In this document: piece after piece, positions 10,002 to 19,433 of the stretch
How the letters are laid out: each line of letters starts with the position of its first letter
Position numbering within the stretch: position 1 is the first letter of the stretch
DNA from: an uncultured archaeon
Lineage (GTDB): Archaea > Thermoplasmatota > Thermoplasmata > Thermoplasmatales > Thermoplasmataceae
Direction of reading: 5' to 3'
Length of the DNA stretch: 64,000 bases
Assembly: GCA_000965745.1 (NCBI GenBank)
Contig: CP009479.1
Span: 544,001-608,000, forward strand
Made by a program: the position numbers and the translations under genes
The notes under the pieces: model-generated
Told to the model about the DNA's origin: nothing
What the model saw: only the letters and a program-made list of their open reading frames with translations
Database searches by the model: none

Positions 10002-11201
10002 CTAATTCGAGAGTGCCATTACCCCTTTGTTAAGAAGGTTGGAGTTGTATCCGAGCCCTCCAAGGCCGGTTACAAGGCCGTTTCTGCAGTCCTTTATCTG
10101 CCTCCCTTCAGCCTCACCGCGAAGCTGCTGTATTGCTTCTACGAACAGTGAGAAACCGCCTGCAGTTCCTGCCTGGCCCCCTGACAGCTGGCCTCCTCCT
10201 GTGTTCACCGGCAGATCCCCCCTGAAGCTTATATCGTTACTCTCAAGGAACTTCCCGCCTTTCCCCTTCTCCGCGAAGCCCAGTGCTTCAAGCTGCATAA
10301 GAGTGATGATTGTAAAATCGTCATACAGCTGCAGGAAATCAACTTCCTTCCTGCTTATTCCCGCCTGCTCCAGAGCACTGTCAGCAGCGTTCTTCATCCT
10401 CATGTCAGTTATGTCCCTGAGTTCATTTTTCGACTCTGTATTAAGCGCTGTCTCGAATCCTTTTATGTAGACCGGTTTGTCTGTTAGCTTCCCAGCTTCC
10501 TCTTCACTTGAGATGAGCATTGCATATCCGCCGTTTACGGGGATAACCGCGTCCATTACCCTCATAGGCGTGGCTATCACAGGAGATTTCATGTATTCCT
10601 CGACTGTGAGAGGTTTCTTCAGGTATGCGTTTGGATTCAGTAATGCGTGGTTCCTCGCAGCTATTGCCACCTCTGCCAGGTTCTCCCCGGTTGTTCCGTA
10701 CTGGTGCATGTGCCTTTTCATGATCATTGCTCCCTCACTGAGTGGGCCGATCATGCCTATTGGCATCTCATAGTTGATCTCATACCTCCAGGTTCTCTCC
10801 GGCCTGTGGGTGGACTGAGGTGGTGCCGGAATCATTGGTGAATCCGCCCCTATGAGAAGGAAATGGTCAAATCTGCCGGATGCGATTGAAAGATACGCCT
10901 GAATCATTGAAAAGAATGCAGCTGCGCCTCCATGGTCTGAAACAAACGTAAGCCCGGGTGAGAGCCCGAGATTGGCCATGACTTCGGAAGACCAGATCAT
11001 AGCGTGGGGCCACATGGGCCTGTTTAGTCCTACTCCAAACTTCATTGTTTCAAGGTCCTTTCTCTCAAGGCCCGTGTTCTGAAGAAGCTTGCTAAGTGCA
11101 AGAGCCTGATACTGCTCTGTGGTAAATGCGTCTTCGCCTTTGTCCTTCCTCCCCCTTGATGGCTTAACTATGGAATACCCTGAAACTGCAACTCTTTTCA
11201 T
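10002..11201 (-). CDS. thiolase-superfamily protein, SCP-x/Ltp2-like (no catalytic Cys)
   Basis: NPNAYLK, LQLYDDFT, LPVNTGGGQLSGG, QQLRGEAEGRQ motifs. Confidence 0.88.
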   Translation of the reverse strand: MKRVAVSGYSIVKPSRGRKDKGEDAFTTEQYQALALSKLLQNTGLERKDLETMKFGVGLNRPMWPHAMIWSSEVMANLGLSPGLTFVSDHGGAAAFFSMIQAYLSIASGRFDHFLLIGADSPMIPAPPQSTHRPERTWRYEINYEMPIGMIGPLSEGAMIMKRHMHQYGTTGENLAEVAIAARNHALLNPNAYLKKPLTVEEYMKSPVIATPMRVMDAVIPVNGGYAMLISSEEEAGKLTDKPVYIKGFETALNTESKNELRDITDMRMKNAADSALEQAGISRKEVDFLQLYDDFTIITLMQLEALGFAEKGKGGKFLESNDISFRGDLPVNTGGGQLSGGQAGTAGGFSLFVEAIQQLRGEAEGRQIKDCRNGLVTGLGGLGYNSNLLNKGVMALSN

Positions 11202-11287
11202 AACGTAATGTTAAGAAACCTAAAACTCTTAAATCTTGTTATGCCGAGATTAGTGGCCTGATGCCGTGTAATCAGTGAATGACTGCC

Positions 11288-12772
11288 CTAGGGGTCAGGC
11301 GAAGCATTTTCCTCACTTTCAAGTAGTTTATGCAGTATTTTACCAAGTGAGGATTTTGGCAGCTCCGTTCTGAATTCCACGATTCGGGGAACTTTGTATG
11401 CAGATATCCTGCCCCTGCAAAACTGGACTATCTCGTCCTTTGTTGTGGAGCATTTTGGAACCACGAATGCCTTTACTGTTTCTCCGTAAATGGGATCCTT
11501 TACGCCTATAACTGCAGTTTCCCGTACACATTCATGCTCCATCAGGGTGTTTTCGACCTCCGCCCTCCATATCTTGTACCCGCCTGATATGATCACGTCC
11601 TTCGTCCTGCCCAGGAGATACACACCATCATGGTTGACGTAACCGGAATCACCTGTAATCAGGTACCCGCCGCTGGTGAACACAGTCAGGTTTTTTTCGC
11701 CGTTCTTCCAGTATCCTGACATTACCTGTGGCCCCCGTGCTGCAAGCATTCCCTGTTCTCCATCGGGGAGTATTCTGCCAGCTTCGTCAACGGATACTAT
11801 CTCAGTCCCGGGAAGCGGTTTTCCCACATAGTTCTCCCTGAAGGTGCCGAGGGGAGCCACAGTAAGCTGTGGAGAAGCCTCAGTAAGGCCCCATCCTATG
11901 TCTATATGCTTTCCGGTTTGGAGAAAGAATGAGTTTTCAATATTTTCCTGCATCTTTGCACCCGAGGAGAAGAACACCTTTACCGAAGAGAGGTCCCTCC
12001 CCGACAGTTCAGTGTTCTTTACAAGACTGCTGTAGACAGTGGGAACCCCGACAACTACTGTTGCCTTCCTTTCTTCTATTATGTCGAGCAGCGCTTCCGG
12101 ATCGAATTTCTCCATGAAAACTGCCTTTCCGCCGTTATACAGGCAGGTGTTCATGCTGCAGTTGAACCCCCCGCTGTGAGTCATTGGTAGAAACTGGACA
12201 AATGTTTCACTGTGTTTCTCGAGTGACCAGGCACTGCTCAGGCTCCTTATAACGTGAAGAATATTACTGTGAGTTAGCGGAACGCCCTTTGGAAACCCGG
12301 TTGTCCCTCCTGTGTAGAATATAACTGCAGGATCGTCCGGGTCATATGAAGGCCATTGGGACAGACCTTTCGCGGTAGGGAAGTCAAACTTCCTGTTTGA
12401 GAAAATTGTTTTCCTGCAGTATGGTGATGCGCATTCCTTTTTCTCCTCATCAATGAACTGCAATGCTGCCTCCGTGTTTTCTACAATGTATTCCAGCTCT
12501 CTTTGGCTTGACCTGTAGTCGACTGGAACTGCTATGCCGCCTGCCTTTATGATCGCGTAAAATGCAACAACGAATCTCCAGTCGCTCTTCTGAAAAATTG
12601 CAACGCGTTCCCCCTTGGAAAGTTTGCATTCACCTATCAGGTATTCAGCCAGAGCAGAAATCCTGCCAGATAACTCTCCGTAAGTCAGCGTCTCACCCTT
12701 ATCGACTATGGATACGCGATTCCTGTCACTATTTGATATTATGTCGTGCAGCAGTTGTGAATCCGGCAACAT
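11288..12772 (-). CDS. AMP-forming acyl-CoA synthetase (adenylate-forming family)
   Basis: YTGGTTGFPKG, GWGLTE, TGD, GRTKDVIISGG, LPKSSLGK. Confidence 0.93.
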   Translation of the reverse strand: MLPDSQLLHDIISNSDRNRVSIVDKGETLTYGELSGRISALAEYLIGECKLSKGERVAIFQKSDWRFVVAFYAIIKAGGIAVPVDYRSSQRELEYIVENTEAALQFIDEEKKECASPYCRKTIFSNRKFDFPTAKGLSQWPSYDPDDPAVIFYTGGTTGFPKGVPLTHSNILHVIRSLSSAWSLEKHSETFVQFLPMTHSGGFNCSMNTCLYNGGKAVFMEKFDPEALLDIIEERKATVVVGVPTVYSSLVKNTELSGRDLSSVKVFFSSGAKMQENIENSFFLQTGKHIDIGWGLTEASPQLTVAPLGTFRENYVGKPLPGTEIVSVDEAGRILPDGEQGMLAARGPQVMSGYWKNGEKNLTVFTSGGYLITGDSGYVNHDGVYLLGRTKDVIISGGYKIWRAEVENTLMEHECVRETAVIGVKDPIYGETVKAFVVPKCSTTKDEIVQFCRGRISAYKVPRIVEFRTELPKSSLGKILHKLLESEENASPDP

Positions 12773-12845
12773 TCAGCCTACTGTGAAAATCTATTTAATT
12801 CCTTCCATGCCGGAGTATGGCAAACATTCGTTCTGATCTCCCAGT

Positions 12846-13256
12846 TCAGAGCAGCTCGAATGTTGGAAGGCCTACATCCTGGTTAACCTGAACCGGTACG
12901 GACTTGACCTTGTCTCCAATAGATGCTTCCTTGTTGCCTTCATTATTTATACGGCCATAGAGCCTGACACCTTCTTTCAGCTCAATCGATGCTATGGTGT
13001 AAGGGACTTCATCGTTGAACTCCTTGGAGTTCATGATAACCCTGTTTATGCTGGTAAGCGAGTAAATGGTGCCTTCACCTGAGCTTTCTACCCATCCAAG
13101 TTCCACAGATGAGCAGTTCACGCATATCGGCTTTGGGTAGAATTGCAGATTGCCGCATTTTGAGCATTTCTGAATGAGGAGCCTGTTTTCACTCAGGCCT
13201 TTGAAGAATTCGGAATTGACTGGGTCCAACTCAGGTAGTGGTTTGTCGCTTGCCAT
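12846..13256 (-). CDS. DUF35 Zn-ribbon/OB-fold protein (ChsH2 C-terminal-like)
   Basis: CSKCG...PKPICVNC, GEGTIYSLT, PYTIASIELKEG. Confidence 0.9.
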   Translation of the reverse strand: MASDKPLPELDPVNSEFFKGLSENRLLIQKCSKCGNLQFYPKPICVNCSSVELGWVESSGEGTIYSLTSINRVIMNSKEFNDEVPYTIASIELKEGVRLYGRINNEGNKEASIGDKVKSVPVQVNQDVGLPTFELL

Positions 13257-13304
13257 CGTGAAAATAAACTGCTGCCTGTTTAATAATATTTGCCTTGTTG
13301 AGGA

Positions 13305-14186
13305 TTATGGCCGTCCATAATCTCCAAGGTCAACGACATTCTCAGGGTGCCCCTCGAGGAACCGCTTGACATTTTCACACGCCTTGAGAGTTGCATCTCT
13401 GAGGGTTTTTTCCGTGAACCCTCCAACGTGTGGTGTAAGCATGGCGTTTTCGGGTATAGGGACTGTCAGTTCCGGCTCACCCCACCAGACATCGGAAAAG
13501 TAGAACTTTTCGGGATTATCCTTCAGAAACTTGAGCATGTCGTCCTTATCGACGACTTCTGCCCTTGCAACATTCACAATGTAAGTGCCCTTGAACTTTG
13601 AAAGGAGGCTCCGGTTTACCATACCCCTGGTTCCCTGATTAAGGGGGGTGGACACCACAACAACGTCAGATGAGGAGAAGAGGTCTTCCGGCGTTTTCAC
13701 GAGCGCATCAAGAAAGTCGTTGTTCTTCACAGATCTGGAGTAGGCAAGAGTCTTCATGTCAAATGCCCTGGCCAGCCTGGCCACCTGCCTGCCAATCCCG
13801 CCATATCCTAGCACACCCATGCTGAGTCCTTCCAGCGTCTCAATCTGTTCCCTCTTGAAAACGCCATTCTTGGTGTCCGCCGTAAATTTGCAGATTTTTT
13901 TCATGTGCGCAAGAAGCTGTGCAAAGACCATTTCTGCCACAACGTTGGAGTATGCTCCTGCGTTGCTGCATATTGTCACCCTGTCATTTGCCCCCGAAAA
14001 ATCGAGGTGATCCACACCAGCCGATGAGGTCTGAACCAATACAGTATTCTCCTTGATTCTTAAGCGTGAAAAGCCTATGATTATCTCTCCGGCCCCGTCC
14101 CTGTCAATCGAAGTTTCAAGTCCAGTAATTTTAGAACATTTTTCAACCGTATCCCTGTCGACATTATATGTTATAGAGACTCTCAT
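13305..14186 (-). CDS. D-isomer specific 2-hydroxyacid dehydrogenase
   Basis: SAGVDH, GVLGYGGIG, VNVARA, SDVWW, TPHVGG. Confidence 0.92.
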   Translation of the reverse strand: MRVSITYNVDRDTVEKCSKITGLETSIDRDGAGEIIIGFSRLRIKENTVLVQTSSAGVDHLDFSGANDRVTICSNAGAYSNVVAEMVFAQLLAHMKKICKFTADTKNGVFKREQIETLEGLSMGVLGYGGIGRQVARLARAFDMKTLAYSRSVKNNDFLDALVKTPEDLFSSSDVVVVSTPLNQGTRGMVNRSLLSKFKGTYIVNVARAEVVDKDDMLKFLKDNPEKFYFSDVWWGEPELTVPIPENAMLTPHVGGFTEKTLRDATLKACENVKRFLEGHPENVVDLGDYGRP

Positions 14187-14280
14187 TCGTGCTCAAGATA
14201 TAAAAAAATGATAAATAATTGATCTTGAAGACCAATTAACATTGATTCTTATTCAAAGATAAAAAAAAATAGTTTATGGT

Positions 14281-15960
14281 TTACTTCGAACCATCACCGA
14301 CTACAGTGCCATCGGCTCCTGTCTGCGGTACCCTGTATGGTGCCGTATATTCCTCGTGGTAGTACTCTTCCTTGAGTCCTGATGCGACTCCCCATGGGAA
14401 GAATATCAAGGTTGTAGCGAGGAACGTAATCAGAGTCCCCCAGGTGAACGGTATGAATCCGACGTGGACACCATACATTGTTCCTGGGCCTACTGTCTTT
14501 GAGAAGAAGACAATTACCAGCAGGAATGCGAAATACATGATGTACCAGATTGAGTTCTTTACCTGTTCGAAAGCCTTGAATGGCACTCCGAATATAATGA
14601 CTCCAATAGTGATCAGGAGCATAGCATACGGGTCAGAAGGCCAGCCGCTCCAGTATACCACCAGTGATGATACACCCATGGCTATGGGCCCGTAGAGCAG
14701 TGCTCCGCGGAACTTCTGATCCTCCCTTGTTACACCCTGCCTTCTCTGGACCCACATCGCAACTGGATGTGTGGAGAACCCGAGATATCCCGCAACAGTA
14801 GCATCAACGATCACACTGTAAACGCTTGGTGCCGGCGAAGATATCATGACGGTTACTGCCCCAACAATGGCAAAGGTTATGATTGCCCAGAATGGAACTG
14901 AGTACCTCTTGTGCAGATTCTTGAAAGCGCTTCCGAGGAAACCTGATCTGCTGCTGGAGAAGAAAATTCTTGCTCCGGCTCCAGAGTATATGTATCCTGT
15001 CACGAAAGGAGCCATAAGTCCTGCAATAACTGCGAATATGAATATAATTCCAAGTCCGTTAGAGTGCGCGAGTATGAAGAACGGGTTGTCCCCATGCATC
15101 GCACCTTTCAGTCCTGCGTAGTCTCCCGGCGTCAGTCCAAGGGCGTGCCAGTTGATACTTGCAAGTATCGCAACCGCAATCGAGATGTAAATCAAAGTCT
15201 CGAAAAGAACAGTCAGACCTACCGCCTTGACAATTGCATCATTTTTCTCAACTTCGTTCTTTCTTGTCTCTCCAGCCAGATCCGGTATAACCCTGATTCC
15301 TCCGAAATCATACATTGTCAGTGGCATGATCAACAGTATTGCTACTGCGCCGTATGGCAGAAAACCGCCATACGCATGGTTCGCAAAGTTGCCGAAGTTG
15401 TGAACAACGAATATAAGCCCAAGGCCCATGGATACATAGAAGAACAGCTTGACTGCTCCAATGTACTTTGTACTCTTTCCGAACATTCCTACTCCGAAGT
15501 AATTAAACGGAGCAAATGCCAGTACCAGAGCTATTCCAACTAGAACTCCCTCTGCGGTTGGATATCCGGATGCCCCAAGTAACGGGGACCCCGGCACTAG
15601 ATAGTTTATACCATCAACGATGGACAGTGCCTCAAGAGGCGGTATAAACACATACCATATGATATCCGCGAACGAGTTAATCAAACTCGTTGTTCTTCCG
15701 TGCGAGTACAGTGAAAACCTGGAAGGCGCTCCCGCCTCAGGATGTACCCTCGCCAGTTCCATGTAGGTCAGTGCGATAGTGACGTAGATTGCTCCTCCGA
15801 ATATGAAGGCAATAATTGCGCCGGGTCCGGCCACGGTGACCATTCCCACGGCGCCAAAAAGAGCTCCGTTACCTAGAGCTCCAGCCACTCCAATAAAGAC
15901 CAACTGAACGAGAGTAAGCTCTCTCTTTAGTTGTGGTTTTTTGGATGCTGCTGATTCCAT
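14281..15960 (-). CDS. APC-family amino acid permease
   Basis: LKRELTL, GALGNGALFG, AGPGAI, HPEAGAP; many TM segments. Confidence 0.9.
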   Translation of the reverse strand: MESAASKKPQLKRELTLVQLVFIGVAGALGNGALFGAVGMVTVAGPGAIIAFIFGGAIYVTIALTYMELARVHPEAGAPSRFSLYSHGRTTSLINSFADIIWYVFIPPLEALSIVDGINYLVPGSPLLGASGYPTAEGVLVGIALVLAFAPFNYFGVGMFGKSTKYIGAVKLFFYVSMGLGLIFVVHNFGNFANHAYGGFLPYGAVAILLIMPLTMYDFGGIRVIPDLAGETRKNEVEKNDAIVKAVGLTVLFETLIYISIAVAILASINWHALGLTPGDYAGLKGAMHGDNPFFILAHSNGLGIIFIFAVIAGLMAPFVTGYIYSGAGARIFFSSSRSGFLGSAFKNLHKRYSVPFWAIITFAIVGAVTVMISSPAPSVYSVIVDATVAGYLGFSTHPVAMWVQRRQGVTREDQKFRGALLYGPIAMGVSSLVVYWSGWPSDPYAMLLITIGVIIFGVPFKAFEQVKNSIWYIMYFAFLLVIVFFSKTVGPGTMYGVHVGFIPFTWGTLITFLATTLIFFPWGVASGLKEEYYHEEYTAPYRVPQTGADGTVVGDGSK

Positions 15961-16197
15961 TGCCGTTACATCCGGCTACCTTATAAGACTGTTTCGCAGT
16001 AAAACTTAAATAGTCATTATTTAAATTTATCTACAGAAATGGTTTTTTGATGCTCTCTCAAGCCAGTAGTCATGGTAGTCATTAATGAATTTATCCAGCT
16101 TGAAATTTGAAGCCCAATCCGGGAAAGCAACAAAAATGAATATGCTGGAAGAATTGTAAAAAATTAAGGTAATTAAAAATGGATAAGATATGTAGTT

Positions 16198-17442
16198 CTA
16201 TTTTTGTGTTTCAGGCCTGGAAATCTGGCGAGGAGGCTTTATCTGACTTATTTTCTGTATGTAGTCGTCTCCGAAGTGCATCCTGAATAGCCACTCATAT
16301 CCGCCCTTGAGGGATGACCAGTAAATTCTTTCCATGAATTTCTTTTCGACATAGTTTATTGTCGACGGAAATTTCTTTTCGACAGGCCGTTCATAGGTTC
16401 CCACAACAAAGGTCGCCTGATGGTATCCTGTCTCCATGGAACATTGCATTCTACCAGTGAAGAGATACTTGTCTGTCCCTCCCTTGTAATCCTCTATTAT
16501 GTTGCTGGCCACTGTGATGGCCTGAAGATGGGCTTCCACACCTGCTTTTGAAATAGGAATGTTCGTGTTGTCTCCTATTGAGAATGCATAATCGTAATCC
16601 TTTATGTGCATATCCCGCTTGTCTGTGATAACCCAGCCATACTTATCCACAAAATCCGATTTCTTCACAACATCCACTGTTCTGTGCGGAGGTACCAGGA
16701 TCAACTCGTCGTATTCTAGTGAGTCTCCCTCCAAAGACAGAATCTCTTTTTTCTGAGGATCAACATAGTCGAGGTTAAACCCTGTTACGATGTCTATGTT
16801 CCTGTCCTCGTACATCGGCGTTATCACTTCACTGATCGGTTCCGCAGGGTACGCCCTGAGATATGGAGTTACAAACGTGATTTCTACCTTTTCCCTCATT
16901 TTGCGTTTGGCAAAGAATTCGTCAGCCATGAATGCGCCCTCGTTTGGTGAGGGGGGGCATTTGTACGGGAGACCTGCGATGCCGACGACTATCTTTCCAG
17001 ATTTAACCCTGGACATTCTCTCGTAAAGCTCAGCAGATTTTGAGGCGTTGGTATGAAAGTCATGATTAGCTTCGGAAAGGCCGGGGATCTGGCCGGGGTC
17101 TGTCAAACACCCGGTTGCAACAACAATGGTGTCGAAATTATACCTGTTCACGCTTTTTTCAGTTATGACATACCGGTTTTCTATGTCTATAACTGAACAG
17201 TTCTCATGAACGAGCTTCACACCCGGATAGATCAACTGGGTCAGTGACCTCTGCATCCTGCTCGGCCGGGAACCCCTGAATGCCACTCCCAGGTATCCCG
17301 GTTGAAATTCATGGTTTTGCGAACCATCAAAAATTGTTATGGAAATCCGGCCATTCCTCAACTCGTCTCCCATTTCCTTGGCAAGTTTGCTTGCCAGTAT
17401 AAGGCCTCCTGCCCCTCCGCCAACTATCGCAATATCGTTCAT
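16198..17442 (-). CDS. sqr: sulfide:quinone oxidoreductase-like FAD-dependent oxidoreductase
   Basis: IVGGGAGG, YKCPPSPNE, VPPH, IGD, SKAG, CSMETG; in an operon with tusA and dsrE. Confidence 0.82.
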   Translation of the reverse strand: MNDIAIVGGGAGGLILASKLAKEMGDELRNGRISITIFDGSQNHEFQPGYLGVAFRGSRPSRMQRSLTQLIYPGVKLVHENCSVIDIENRYVITEKSVNRYNFDTIVVATGCLTDPGQIPGLSEANHDFHTNASKSAELYERMSRVKSGKIVVGIAGLPYKCPPSPNEGAFMADEFFAKRKMREKVEITFVTPYLRAYPAEPISEVITPMYEDRNIDIVTGFNLDYVDPQKKEILSLEGDSLEYDELILVPPHRTVDVVKKSDFVDKYGWVITDKRDMHIKDYDYAFSIGDNTNIPISKAGVEAHLQAITVASNIIEDYKGGTDKYLFTGRMQCSMETGYHQATFVVGTYERPVEKKFPSTINYVEKKFMERIYWSSLKGGYEWLFRMHFGDDYIQKISQIKPPRQISRPETQK

Positions 17443-17495
17443 TTTAACTCACTCCCTCTTTTTATATGGGCATAGTAGAGGACTGGGGTGATTTT

Positions 17496-17735
17496 TCACC
17501 TCGTCCTTTTCGAAACTATTCTTATCTCTACTTTGTAGACATCATTTTCCTCAGTGATGTTGAGTAGCTCATTCTTGGTCCTCTCGCACCAAGCCTTAGT
17601 ATCCGCTTTCACTCCCGGATCGGTAGCAAGAAGTTCTATCACATCTCCATTGCTGGATTCCCTGTAAGCCCTTATCAGATCGGTAATAGGGCCGGGGCAG
17701 GAAGTACCCCGGCTGTCCACCTTCAGAGTAGTCAT
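17496..17735 (-). CDS. tusA: sulfurtransferase TusA family protein
   Basis: VDSRGTSCPGP, ATDPG, AWC motifs; start placed at MTTLKVD (17735). Confidence 0.9.
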   Translation of the reverse strand: MTTLKVDSRGTSCPGPITDLIRAYRESSNGDVIELLATDPGVKADTKAWCERTKNELLNITEENDVYKVEIRIVSKRTR

Positions 17736-17746
17736 TCTTAACACCC

Positions 17747-18178
17747 TTAGATGAAGATTACCTCTCTGTCTTCGCACATCTGCAGAAATGCTGCTGCCCC
17801 AACAACATCATCAACAATCGGGTCAAGATCATTCTTCGTGTCTATCTTGAATGCGCCGGCCATCATTGAGCAGACATAGACCTTTACATCCCCCATTTCC
17901 TTGGCTTCTTTGAGCATATCGTACCAGGATGGTGCTTTCATCTCCTCCATTCCCTTCATTAGATCCGGGACAAGGTCCTCAAATTCCTTCGGCATTCTGT
18001 TAACCTTCTTGTATCCGTCTTTTCTGAATCCCTGAATTGCCCACCCTGTCACAAATATAGATACAGGCATCTCGAGATTAACCGCCGACTGTGTCAATAC
18101 ACCCAGCGGAATGAACTTATCCGCTGTTCCTGAGAACATTACAAAGTTTAGGCCTTTTTTTGCCATAGAGTCCACCAT
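17747..18178 (-). CDS. DsrE/DsrF-like (DsrE2-type) sulfur carrier
   Basis: FSGTADK, IFVTGWA, AKEMGDVKVYVCSM, VVGAAAFL, C-terminal IFI. Confidence 0.88.
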   Translation of the reverse strand: MVDSMAKKGLNFVMFSGTADKFIPLGVLTQSAVNLEMPVSIFVTGWAIQGFRKDGYKKVNRMPKEFEDLVPDLMKGMEEMKAPSWYDMLKEAKEMGDVKVYVCSMMAGAFKIDTKNDLDPIVDDVVGAAAFLQMCEDREVIFI

Positions 18179-18268
18179 AAAACTAGTTCCAGAAATCTAT
18201 TAATCTGGGCACCTTATGGTTAACGTACCGTGCAGGGTTCCACCGCTAACATTCCTGCATGATGGCTT

Positions 18269-19420
18269 CTATGAAAAAAGTTCTTTCGACACTCCTTTCA
18301 GCCTATCCTCCCTAATTAATTTTACCGTGTCCTTGAGTTCCTTAGTCTGTCGGGGTTTACTTGCCCTTGCAGACATAGCCTTCATCTTCTTCTCTGTCAG
18401 TGCATCAACGTGATCAACGAATTCAACACCCCTGGAAAGCATTGTCCATATGATCTCCAGAAGCTTCCGGGCAACTGCAACAATAGCCCTCTTCATGCCA
18501 ACACGTCTGACAATGCTGAGATACTTCTTCTTCATCCTTCCGGAGTACTTGATGATGTGATGCGCTGCATTCACGAGGATGAAGCGTATCATGGAAGGTC
18601 CGTGCTTCGTTATATGACCACGGTAATCAGTTCCTCCCGACTGGTCCTGTTTCGGCACCAGGCCGGCATAGGATGCAAGCTTCTCCTTAGATTCGAAGCG
18701 TGATACATCATCGATCTCTGAGACGATTGCAGCAGCTGAATAGACATTTATCCCGGGGATTGTCATGAGCAGCTTCACGTCGTTCCTTTCATGGCACATT
18801 CTTGCGATCTCGTCCTCCATTGTTGATTCCCGATCCTTCAGCTCCCTTATCCTTTCAATCATGTCTGAAACGATTATCCTGTCTGATGCACTCATCTTTT
18901 CAGAGGATCTCTCAATCTCACTGAGGCCACGCTTCCCGAAGATATCCGTGGCATCTATGGAGATGCCGTATCTTCCCAGTACAGCATGAACGCGGTTCTT
19001 TATCTCCGTGACCGCATCGCCCAGGGATTTCCTGTACCTGACTATGGAGCGTAGGTCATCTGCCTCCTTTGATGGCAGGTGCACTTCCGGCAATTCTCCC
19101 AGTCTCAGGAGCTTAGCTAGCTTGTATGAATCTTCCTTATCGTTCTTCTTCGAGGTGTTGAAGATCAGTGAAAGCTTCACAGGATCTGCCATGTGCACGG
19201 AGAATCCCATGTCCCTCAGCATCCTGGTGCAGTACTTTCCTGCGGTGGACACTTCCAACGCAATCTCAGGTTCCAGGTAAAGATACCGTTCCATGAACAT
19301 ATTCCAGGAATCGGTGTCATTGCCCATCCTGAACTGCTGTTCAATTGTGCCGCCATTTCCCATTTCCGTAACATACACGCTATTTTTATGTACGTCGCAT
19401 CCAATATAGATTACAACCAC
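18269..19420 (-). CDS. IS110-family DEDD transposase/recombinase
   Basis: YIGCDVHK (D), ALEVS (E), KNDKED (D,D), LMTIPGI, SYAGLVPKQDQSGG (Ser), ITKHG, AIVAVARKL. Confidence 0.96.
   Translation of the reverse strand: MVVIYIGCDVHKNSVYVTEMGNGGTIEQQFRMGNDTDSWNMFMERYLYLEPEIALEVSTAGKYCTRMLRDMGFSVHMADPVKLSLIFNTSKKNDKEDSYKLAKLLRLGELPEVHLPSKEADDLRSIVRYRKSLGDAVTEIKNRVHAVLGRYGISIDATDIFGKRGLSEIERSSEKMSASDRIIVSDMIERIRELKDRESTMEDEIARMCHERNDVKLLMTIPGINVYSAAAIVSEIDDVSRFESKEKLASYAGLVPKQDQSGGTDYRGHITKHGPSMIRFILVNAAHHIIKYSGRMKKKYLSIVRRVGMKRAIVAVARKLLEIIWTMLSRGVEFVDHVDALTEKKMKAMSARASKPRQTKELKDTVKLIREDRLKGVSKELFS
18271..18286. repeat. sub-terminal inverted repeat of the IS110 (transposase 3' end)
   Basis: ATGAAAAAAGTTCTTT versus the reverse complement of 19602-19617, ATGAAAAAAGCTCTTT. 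Confidence 0.85.
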
Positions 19421-19433
19421 CTCCTATGTGGTA

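Noticed and set aside
9730-10002. 90-aa minus-strand ORF after the thiolase-like gene
   Set aside because: No recognisable motif and it overlaps the acdB end; it cannot be supported despite the stop/start overlap.
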